From positions 1-28,415 of the IMG/VR virus record IMGVR_UViG_3300047290_000114: a DNA stretch of 28,415 bases; one strand, written 5' to 3'. Position 1 is the stretch's first letter. The number at the start of each line of letters is the position of its first letter. The notes beneath the pieces are model-generated. The model was not told the DNA's origin and searched no databases. It was given only the letters and a program-made list of their open reading frames with translations. The DNA comes from a virus (lineage: Duplodnaviria > Caudoviricetes). This document shows, one piece after another, positions 15,213 through 22,708 of this stretch. The translations under genes and the position numbers were made by a program.

Positions 15213-16214
15213 ATGGCATTTGCCAATACCTCTATCAGCGACATCATTGCGACCAACATTCAGTCGCGCACGGGTGAACTCGCTGACAACGTGACCAACA
15301 ACAACGCGCTGCTGCGCCGTTTGAAAGAACGCGGCAACGTGAAGAAATTCTCGGGCGGTAACGTGATCTTGCAGGAGATCATGTATTCCGACACCACCAC
15401 GAACAACACGAACAGCTATTCCGGCTACGAAGTGCTGAACGTGGGCCAGAACTCGCCGATCAGTGCGGCTCAGTTCTCGATCACGCAATATGCTTCCGCC
15501 ATCTCGATCTCGGGCCTGGAAATGATCCAGAACTCGGGCAAGGAAGCGATCATCGACTTGCTCGACGGTCGTATGCAGGTTGCCGAAGCCCAACTCGCCA
15601 ACCGTATCAGCACCGATATTTATGGTGACGGGACGGGCAACGCGGGTAAGAACCTCACCGGCCTGGCCGCTGCGGTTCCCGACGCTCCTAGCTCGGGCAC
15701 CTACGGCGGCATCGATCGCGCAACGTGGACCTTCTGGCAGAGCCAGAAATACTCGGGCGTGACCAATGGCGGTTCGGCCGTTTCGGCGAGCAACATCCAA
15801 GGGTACATGGACGCGCTCGCGGTGCAACTGATCCGTGGCACCGACAAGCCCGACCTGATCGTGTGCGACAACAACTACTACAAGTTCTATCTCCAGAGCT
15901 TGCAGTCGATCCAGCGCATTACGGATGGCGGCAATTCGTCTGCCGGCGCCGGGTTCGCATCGCTCAAGTATTACGGCGCGGGCATGGCCTCCGACGTGGT
16001 TCTCGACGGTGGTATTGGTGCCGCGGCAACCGCATCGCATATGTGGTTCCTCAACACCAAATACATCTTCCTGCGTCCTCATGCCGACCGGAATTTCGTT
16101 CCGATCGGAGGCGAGCGTCAGGCGGTGAACCAAGACGCCATCGTGAAACTGATCGGTTGGGCCGGCAATATGACGTCGTCCGGGCCTCAGTTCTGCGGCG
16201 TGTTGATCGCCTAA
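15213..16214 (+). CDS. Major capsid protein (podovirus type)
   Basis: ADNVTNNNALL-x-x-LK, SGG-x-x-I, YSGYE-x-L, IYGDGTG-x-x-GK-x-LTGL, YGGIDRATWTFW, WFLNTKY; AGGAG RBS; strong codon bias. Confidence 0.93.
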   Translation: MAFANTSISDIIATNIQSRTGELADNVTNNNALLRRLKERGNVKKFSGGNVILQEIMYSDTTTNNTNSYSGYEVLNVGQNSPISAAQFSITQYASAISISGLEMIQNSGKEAIIDLLDGRMQVAEAQLANRISTDIYGDGTGNAGKNLTGLAAAVPDAPSSGTYGGIDRATWTFWQSQKYSGVTNGGSAVSASNIQGYMDALAVQLIRGTDKPDLIVCDNNYYKFYLQSLQSIQRITDGGNSSAGAGFASLKYYGAGMASDVVLDGGIGAAATASHMWFLNTKYIFLRPHADRNFVPIGGERQAVNQDAIVKLIGWAGNMTSSGPQFCGVLIA

Positions 16215-16238
16215 CAGAGCCAGGAAAGGAAACAGATC

Positions 16239-16775
16239 ATGGCTTATTCTTTCACCGAATCGCGTATTGGCTATCTCCCGATCGCCAGCACGGACGCGGG
16301 CGCGGCCAATGCAAACGGCTCGACCGTTTACCCGTCACAGCCTGCCACTCTCGGCCAGGTTGTTCGGGCCGTCGACCCGACCTACGGCGAGGGCGAGTTT
16401 ATCTTGCTCGTCGGCGTAGCCTCCACGGTTGTCGGTTCGCTCGTTTCGTACAACGCGACGACCTACCAGACCGCACTCTCCGCGAACACCGCCAACTTGG
16501 CCGGCCCCGTTGCCGTTGCCATGTCGGCCAACCTCGCGGCTGGTTTCGGCTGGTATCAGATCGGCGGATTGGCCGTCGTGAAGAAAACGGCGGTATCGGT
16601 TGCCCCCCAGGTTGCGATGTACCAGTCGGCAACGACTGGCCGCGTCATGTCCACGGCGGCTTCCGGCAAGCAAATCCTCGGCGCTCGCGCTGCGAATTTG
16701 GCAACCGTCACCTCCACCACTTCGACGGTTATCATCTCAATAAATCGCCCACACAAACAAGGGGCGGTGGTATAG
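16239..16775 (+). CDS. Capsid cement/decoration protein
   Basis: Follows the capsid gene; LGQVVRAVDPTYGEGEFI, PVAVAMSA, FGWYQI-x-G; Ala/Ser/Thr-rich. Confidence 0.75.
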   Translation: MAYSFTESRIGYLPIASTDAGAANANGSTVYPSQPATLGQVVRAVDPTYGEGEFILLVGVASTVVGSLVSYNATTYQTALSANTANLAGPVAVAMSANLAAGFGWYQIGGLAVVKKTAVSVAPQVAMYQSATTGRVMSTAASGKQILGARAANLATVTSTTSTVIISINRPHKQGAVV

Positions 16776-16776
16776 G

Positions 16777-16814
16777 GTCAAGTTACTTGACTATATAAAT
16801 GAACGTGCCATGAT
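16777..16814 (+). promoter_or_regulatory. Putative internal promoter with overlapping palindrome upstream of the HNH gene
   Basis: GTCAAG-TTA-CTTGAC palindrome (16777-16791) overlapping TTGACT-N16-CATGAT with an extended -10 TG; AGGAG RBS follows. Confidence 0.45.
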
Positions 16815-16838
16815 TAATTCCTTTCGCAGGAGTTTTTC

Positions 16839-17465
16839 ATGGCACAGTTCAGAGATTTGGTTGGGGAAAAATTTGGCCGGTGGGTAGTCCAAGAATGGAC
16901 AGAACGGCGCGGCACAACTCAGTTTTGGCAATGCAAATGCGATTGCGGCACCATCAAGATAGTAAACGGCGAATCCTTGAAGAAGGGGTTGAGCAAATCT
17001 TGTGGCTGTTTAGCGAAAAACTGGTGCCGAACTCACGGCATGAACGGAACGCCCATTTACAACGTCTGGGCGCATATGAAGGGCCGTTGTTCCAATCCAA
17101 AAAATATTGGATGGAAGCATTACGGCGGGCGGGGGATTTCAGTCTGCGAACGCTGGATGAAGTTCGAGAATTTTTATGCGGACATGGGCAAAATCCCCGA
17201 TGGGAAAACGCTCGACCGCATGGACAACGACGGGCCTTATTCGCCAGAAAATTGCCGATGGGCGACAGAAGCGGAGCAAAAGCGGAATACTCGCGTTACA
17301 CGGTTTGTGGAGTGGGAGGGCGTTCGTATGTCTGTTGCTGATTTTGCGGACAAATTCGGCCTCACTCGCAAGATCGTCATTGCGCGGCTTGACGCTAATT
17401 GGCCGGCCCATCAATTGAACCTGCCCCGCCGCGTTCGCAACCGCTGGCATGGTGGCTCCGCATGA
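16839..17465 (+). CDS. Free-standing HNH homing endonuclease-like protein
   Basis: GEKFGRW, WQCKCDCG, KSCGC, W-x-x-MKGRC-x-NP, YGGRGI-x-VC-x-RW, TLDR-x-DNDG-x-YSPENCRWAT-x-x-EQ-x-x-N. Confidence 0.88.
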   Translation: MAQFRDLVGEKFGRWVVQEWTERRGTTQFWQCKCDCGTIKIVNGESLKKGLSKSCGCLAKNWCRTHGMNGTPIYNVWAHMKGRCSNPKNIGWKHYGGRGISVCERWMKFENFYADMGKIPDGKTLDRMDNDGPYSPENCRWATEAEQKRNTRVTRFVEWEGVRMSVADFADKFGLTRKIVIARLDANWPAHQLNLPRRVRNRWHGGSA

Positions 17466-18868
17466 TCCGCTCGTCTAATTTAGACGAGACGATCCCGATA
17501 GTTTGCAATACCGGGGATCAGGAGATATTCGCCAACGTTAAGTCGGCGGTGTCTCGTGGTCTTCCGGTTTTGCACGTTTCGGACGCACGCGAAGGGGTTG
17601 CCGTCATTGTCGGCGGTGGCCCCTCGTTGCGGTCGCATTTGCCCCATATCGATCTTCATCGGGCCAACGGCGACACGATATTCACGATGAACGGCACGAT
17701 GCGGGCGCTCCATTCCGCCGGCATCCGTTCCGACTATTACGTCATGTTGGACGCTCGCCCGGTAAACCTCCCGTTTCTCGATTACCCCGAAGCCGACCAT
17801 TTCCTGATCGCATCCCAATGCGCGCCTGCCGCGTTCGATATCCTCGATGGCCGCGACGTTATGCTTTGGCATCCGAATTATCCGGGGATCTCCGAATATA
17901 TCGGCGATGACGATTGCGCCTTGATCGGCGGCGGTACGACCGTCGGCCTGCAAGCAATCAGCATTGCCTATGCAATGGGGTTCCGCGATATCCATATCTA
18001 CGGGTTCGACAGTTCGTTTGTCGGCGACGAGGGCCATGCCTACGCCCAACACCAGAACGACAACGACCCCCGCGCCGAGTATTGGGTTGCCGGCAAGAAA
18101 TACATCGCGGCGCCTTGGATGGCGCGGCAGGCTATGGAATTCCAAGAAGCGGCCCGGCAACTCGCCGACGGTGACGCGGCCCTTTACGTTCACGGCGACG
18201 GGTTGCTCCCGGCGATCGCAAAGCGGATGAGCGCGCCGTTGACCGTCCTCACGGTCTATTCCCCGAGCGCGACTTTCACGCCGGAATATGTCTACCGGCT
18301 CAAGGCGGGCGTCGAGGCGAACCTATCAATCCCCCATAATTTCGTTTGCCTGACCGATCACCCGGTGCCGGGCGTCGATTGTCTCCCCCTCGAACTCGGC
18401 TTGTCGGCGTATTGGGCCAAGCCCGAGATTTTCCGCCCTACGTTGCCGTTTGGCCGCACCCTATTCCTAGACCTATCTTGCGTCGTAACCGGCTCTTTGG
18501 ACGAAATAGCGGCCCAAGAAGGCATCGTAATCACGGAAGATTGGTATCACGGCGGCCCATCGCAAAGCGTCCTCCTATACGATGTCGGCGACTTCGCGGA
18601 AACGTGGAGCGAGTTTAGCAAATTCCCGGATCATTGGATGGCGCGGGGCAACGCCCACGTCGCGCCGGATTTCTATGACCAAGTTCTGATGAACCACACC
18701 AAGACGCCCGCGATGAAGTATTGGCAAGACGTTCTCCCCGGCCAACTCGTTAGCTACAAGTTACATGGTGCGCCCGACGGCGCCCGTCTGGTAAAGTTTC
18801 ACGGCAGGCCCAAACCTCACGAAGTCAATTGGCTACAACCCGAAGAAAGGCAGGCCGTTGCGGTCTGA
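17462..18868 (+). CDS. Two-domain protein: Maf/DUF115 (MptE-like, sialyltransferase-type fold) fused to a GT-A glycosyltransferase
   Basis: N-domain AVIVGGGPSL, TMNG, DYYVMLDARP, GGTTVG, GFRDIHIYGFDSS, HAY. C-domain (from about 18227) EYVYRL, FVCLTD, YWAKPEIF, LFLDLS, KFHGRPKPHEV. ATG 17462 overlaps the HNH stop. Confidence 0.82.
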   Translation: MIRSSNLDETIPIVCNTGDQEIFANVKSAVSRGLPVLHVSDAREGVAVIVGGGPSLRSHLPHIDLHRANGDTIFTMNGTMRALHSAGIRSDYYVMLDARPVNLPFLDYPEADHFLIASQCAPAAFDILDGRDVMLWHPNYPGISEYIGDDDCALIGGGTTVGLQAISIAYAMGFRDIHIYGFDSSFVGDEGHAYAQHQNDNDPRAEYWVAGKKYIAAPWMARQAMEFQEAARQLADGDAALYVHGDGLLPAIAKRMSAPLTVLTVYSPSATFTPEYVYRLKAGVEANLSIPHNFVCLTDHPVPGVDCLPLELGLSAYWAKPEIFRPTLPFGRTLFLDLSCVVTGSLDEIAAQEGIVITEDWYHGGPSQSVLLYDVGDFAETWSEFSKFPDHWMARGNAHVAPDFYDQVLMNHTKTPAMKYWQDVLPGQLVSYKLHGAPDGARLVKFHGRPKPHEVNWLQPEERQAVAV

Positions 18869-18881
18869 TTAAGGTATTATT

Positions 18882-19241
18882 ATGGCTATTCCCTCACGCA
18901 TACTCTCGGCCGGCAATTCCCCGCTCGCTACCGTCTCGATCGCTGGTGACGGCGCAACCGGCCTCGTGGCCGTTGGTTCGACTGCCGCCGATGCTTTGCA
19001 GCTTTCAGCAGTTTGGAACACGATCACCACGTCGAGCGCCTCCACGGGCGTTAAATTGCCCCCGACAGAGGCTGGCGCGATGGTCGGCATCCGCAACGAC
19101 AGCGGCCAGACTGTCACGGTCTATCCTGCCACAAGCTCTACAATCAACGCGGCGGCTTCAAGCGTTAGCCTTGCAACGGCGAAAACAATGATTTTGTTCG
19201 CCACATCTGCGACGACCTGGGCGTCCGTCACGACCGCTTAA
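18882..19241 (+). CDS. Ser/Thr/Ala-rich virion structural protein (119 aa)
   Basis: About 30% Ser+Thr by manual count; GVKLP...G...IRNDSGQTVTVYP beta module; late-operon position. Confidence 0.7.
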   Translation: MAIPSRILSAGNSPLATVSIAGDGATGLVAVGSTAADALQLSAVWNTITTSSASTGVKLPPTEAGAMVGIRNDSGQTVTVYPATSSTINAAASSVSLATAKTMILFATSATTWASVTTA

Positions 19242-19260
19242 CAAAAAACGGGAGAGAAAA

Positions 19261-19815
19261 ATGCCTTTGGATAGCGACTATAACAACGCCGATAACCAGC
19301 TCCACGTCGAGTTCTACACGAATTCGCGCGATAAGGAGTATATGGGCAAGCCGTTCGTTCGGATTATGGTTCCGGGCGATAAAACCACGATCATCGACCA
19401 GCCGGTGCAGGATCACCACAAGGAGCGGTTTCCGCGTCAATGGCTGCACTTCCAGATGCAGAACAACGACGCGCCGGTAATCGGCACGCCGGTTGAGACT
19501 TGGGCGGCGGAAGCCTCGGATGAGCTATCCGAATTGCAGCTTGGGGAATTGCAAATCCTCAAGTTCCGGGTTGTCGAGCAGGTGGCAACGGCGACCGATA
19601 GCCAGCTACAGCGTATCGGGATGGGCGGTCTTAGCCTTCGCAATAAGGCGCAGGCTTTCCTGCGTCAGCGTAACGCGGTCGCGGCAACCTCGGAACTCGC
19701 GGAGACGCGCCGCGAACTCGCCGAGATGAAGGAACAGATGGCGGCTTTCTTGGCCGGCCAGGGCGCCGAGAAGCGCGGCCCCGGTCGTCCTCCGAAGAAC
19801 GCCGAAGCGGAGTAA
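19261..19815 (+). CDS. Conserved phage hypothetical protein with C-terminal coiled coil and AT-hook-like tail (184 aa)
   Basis: VEFY...FVRIMVPGD...RFPRQW-x-x-F...GTP-x-x-x-W...VEQVA; ends KRGPGRPPK; GGAG RBS. Confidence 0.75.
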   Translation: MPLDSDYNNADNQLHVEFYTNSRDKEYMGKPFVRIMVPGDKTTIIDQPVQDHHKERFPRQWLHFQMQNNDAPVIGTPVETWAAEASDELSELQLGELQILKFRVVEQVATATDSQLQRIGMGGLSLRNKAQAFLRQRNAVAATSELAETRRELAEMKEQMAAFLAGQGAEKRGPGRPPKNAEAE

Positions 19816-19821
19816 GGGTTA

Positions 19822-20730
19822 ATGTCAACCACGACACTGTTGCAATTGGTTCAGCAAGCCGCCGGCGAGCTTGGGATCAGTGTGCCGGTGTCGGTGGTTG
19901 GCAATACTCAACAGGACGTAATCCAACTTCTCGCGCTCACGAACGCCAGCGGCTATGAGTTTCTCCGCAAGCATCCGTGGCGCGAGTTGACCAAGCCCTA
20001 TCGGTTCACGACGCAGTACCTGACGACAACGGGAACTTGGACAAGCGGCTCGGCCGTGATTACCGGCATCCCGTCAACGACGGGCCTCGATACCACCTAC
20101 ATGGCGATCGGGACCGGGATCAATCAGGACACGTTCATCGAATCCGTCGATAGTTCGACCCAGGTCACGTTGAACCAAGCGACCACGGCGGCGGGTACGG
20201 CGGCGGCGATCTCGTTCGCTAAAGTCAAATATTCGCTCCCCTCGGACTACGAGGCGATCGTACCGCGCACGATGTGGGATAAGTCGAAGCATTGGGAAAT
20301 GCTCGGCCCCGAAGACGCGCAGCAATGGGAATGGCTGTTGAGCGGCTATATCTCGACCGGCCCGCGCATCCGGTGGCGCCTTTACGGCGACTATTTCCAA
20401 ATATGGCCTCCGGTAACGACGGCCGAATATCTCGGGTTCGAGTATCGCTCTAAGGGTTGGGCGAACGCCGCTAACGGCACGGTCAAGAATAGTTTCACCG
20501 TCGATACGGACACCTGTATCTATCCCGATCGCCTGATGGTCCTGTCGATCAAGTTGAAGTATTTCGAGGCAAAGGGTTTCGACACGACGGCGATGTTCCG
20601 TAACTATCGCGAAGAACTCAACGCCGCGATGTCGCTCAACCAATCGTCGGCCAATCTCTCGTTCGCGCCAAGGCCGGGTGCGGTCTTGATCGGTTATGAC
20701 AACATCCCAGACAGCGGTTATGGCAACTGA
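19822..20730 (+). CDS. Head-to-tail adaptor protein
   Basis: TLLQLVQQ-x-x-x-ELG N-terminus, W-x-x-L, YSLPSDY, FQIWP, FEYRS; position ahead of the tail stabilization gene. Confidence 0.75.
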   Translation: MSTTTLLQLVQQAAGELGISVPVSVVGNTQQDVIQLLALTNASGYEFLRKHPWRELTKPYRFTTQYLTTTGTWTSGSAVITGIPSTTGLDTTYMAIGTGINQDTFIESVDSSTQVTLNQATTAAGTAAAISFAKVKYSLPSDYEAIVPRTMWDKSKHWEMLGPEDAQQWEWLLSGYISTGPRIRWRLYGDYFQIWPPVTTAEYLGFEYRSKGWANAANGTVKNSFTVDTDTCIYPDRLMVLSIKLKYFEAKGFDTTAMFRNYREELNAAMSLNQSSANLSFAPRPGAVLIGYDNIPDSGYGN

Positions 20731-22301
20731 TGGCCCGCGCCCGCCGCTCTCAATCGATCCCGCTCGTCCAAGGCGACGTTGCGCGCGTAGCGTCTATCCC
20801 GGCCCCGGTGCAGGGATGGAACGCCCGCGACTCGATCGCGAACATGGACCCGGAATTCGCGGTGACGCTCGATAATATGTTTCCGAATGTCTCGTCCGTC
20901 ACGTTGCGCGGCGGGTATTCCAACCACGTCACCGGGATCAGCGGCCAGGTCGAAAGCCTATTCGATTATTCGGGCGGGTCGACCGAGAAGCTATTCGCGG
21001 CGGCGGGAACTTCATTCTACGACGTGACGAACGCCGGCGTCGTTGGCGCGGCCGTCCAAACCGGACTGACGAACGCCCGATGGGAATATACGAACATAAC
21101 GACCTCCGGCGGCAGTTATATTTATTGTGTGAACGGAGTGGATGCCCCGCGTTTATACGATGGAACAACATGGTCAACGATTACGGGAGTTTCGGCGCCG
21201 ATTGCGATTACCGGCGTAACAACCACGACGCTTGACACGGTGACGCTGTTTAAAAATCGGCTTTGGTTTATCCAAAAGGACACGCTCAAGGCCTGGTATC
21301 TCCCGACCTCTAGCGTCGGCGGCGCGGCGAACGCCCTCGATCTCTCGTCCGTGGCGATGCACGGCGGGCATCTCGTAGCGATGGCGACTTGGACGATCGA
21401 CGCCGGATATGGGATAGACGACAATCTATTGTTCATCACGTCGATCGGCGAGGTGATTATCTATCGCGGTACCGATCCGTCCTCGTCCTCGACCTGGGCG
21501 CTTGTCGGCGTTTGGTATCTCGGCACCCCTGTCGGGAAGCGTTGCACCGTCAAATATGGCGGCGACGTTCTCTATATCAGCTATTACGGCTTGATCCCGC
21601 TCGCCGCGGCTTTACAGAGCGACAAGCTCGATCCTCGGCTTGCGTTATCCGATACGATCCAGGGCGCCTTTGCGGAAGCGACGGCGAATTACGGCTCGTC
21701 CTTCGGCTGGCAAGTCGTTGTCGATAACCGCAACAACGCGGTATATGTGAACGTGCCGGTATCGACGGGCCAGCAAGTGCAATATGTCATGAACAACATC
21801 ACGCGGGCCTGGTGCCGGTTTACGGGATGGGCCGCGAATTGTTGGGAAATTCATTCGAACCAAGCATATTTTGGCGGCAACGGTGTAGTCTGCAAAGCGT
21901 GGACTTCGACCTTCACCGACAACGGTTCCGATATCCAAACCAACTCGCTCCAAGCGTTTAACTATTTCGAGGCGCGGGGTCAGAAGAAGATATTCACCCG
22001 CGGTCGCCCGTCTATTTTCACGAACGGCGAGCCGAGCATCTTCGTCGGCATCAATACCGACTTCGATACCTCCGACCGCACGGCCGCGCTCTCGTTCTCG
22101 CCGACCACGTTCGGGCTTTGGGATACCGGGGTTTGGGATACGGCATTGTGGGGTTCCGGGTTGTCGATCACGAACAATTGGCAAGGGATTACCGGCGAGG
22201 GCTATTGCGGCGCCGTGAACCTTAAATCGTCGTCGAGCGGCGTTCAGATCCAGTGGGCCTCGACCGATATCGTCTACCAACTCGGTTGGGGTGGCATTTG
22301 A
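20730..22301 (+). CDS. Tail tube/packaged-DNA stabilization protein (P22 gp10 / T7 gp12-like beta-propeller)
   Basis: PAPV-x-GWNARD, LDNMFP, FKNRLWF, repeated beta-strands, C-terminal WDTGVWDTALW; 523 aa after the adaptor. Confidence 0.8.
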   Translation: MARARRSQSIPLVQGDVARVASIPAPVQGWNARDSIANMDPEFAVTLDNMFPNVSSVTLRGGYSNHVTGISGQVESLFDYSGGSTEKLFAAAGTSFYDVTNAGVVGAAVQTGLTNARWEYTNITTSGGSYIYCVNGVDAPRLYDGTTWSTITGVSAPIAITGVTTTTLDTVTLFKNRLWFIQKDTLKAWYLPTSSVGGAANALDLSSVAMHGGHLVAMATWTIDAGYGIDDNLLFITSIGEVIIYRGTDPSSSSTWALVGVWYLGTPVGKRCTVKYGGDVLYISYYGLIPLAAALQSDKLDPRLALSDTIQGAFAEATANYGSSFGWQVVVDNRNNAVYVNVPVSTGQQVQYVMNNITRAWCRFTGWAANCWEIHSNQAYFGGNGVVCKAWTSTFTDNGSDIQTNSLQAFNYFEARGQKKIFTRGRPSIFTNGEPSIFVGINTDFDTSDRTAALSFSPTTFGLWDTGVWDTALWGSGLSITNNWQGITGEGYCGAVNLKSSSSGVQIQWASTDIVYQLGWGGI

Positions 22302-22708
22302 TTGTAACGGGTCCGGTTGTTGGGCATTGGGTCGCGGCGCGTGTAAACGGGCAATATTTTGAGGCGGCGAGCCAGGCGATCGGGATCGAGAAAGACGGCA
22401 AGATTATCGCGGGCGTGATTTACGAAAATTGGAACCAAGTATCGATTTGGTGCCATATCGCGATCGAAGGGCGGCTTACGAAAAAGTATTTGTGGACGAT
22501 TTTCGACTATCCTTTTAAGCAAATCGGGGCCAAAAAGATAATTGTTCCGGTTTCGAGTAGCAACGAAAAAAGTCTGCGGTTAGTTGGTAATATGGGCTTC
22601 GTCGAGGAAGCCCGGATAAAAGACGCAAGGCCGGACGGGGATATGGTTTTCCTCGTCATGGACAGAGCAAATTGCAGGTTTTTGGAGCCGAGATATGAGC
22701 AAAGATAG
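22298..22708 (+). CDS. GNAT-family acetyltransferase-like protein (T7 gp13-like position)
   Basis: AIGIE-x-DG-x-IIAGVIY, IFDYPF-x-Q, N-x-KSLRL-x-x-x-MGF-x-x-E motif; TTG start at 22298 overlaps the upstream stop. Confidence 0.82.
   Translation: MIVTGPVVGHWVAARVNGQYFEAASQAIGIEKDGKIIAGVIYENWNQVSIWCHIAIEGRLTKKYLWTIFDYPFKQIGAKKIIVPVSSSNEKSLRLVGNMGFVEEARIKDARPDGDMVFLVMDRANCRFLEPRYEQR

Noticed and set aside
16212-16241. Capsid and cement genes are in frame across one TAA, suggesting a readthrough fusion
   Set aside because: In-frame spacing is expected one time in three, TAA is a tight stop, and the cement gene has its own AAGGA RBS.
15725-16798. 357-aa alternative-frame ORF overlapping the capsid and cement genes
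   Set aside because: Arg/His/Gln-rich composition typical of a shadow frame in GC-biased genes; no RBS or slippery site recognised.
16776-17465. HNH gene as part of a group I intron
   Set aside because: Flanking genes look complete and there is too little non-coding sequence for a ribozyme core.
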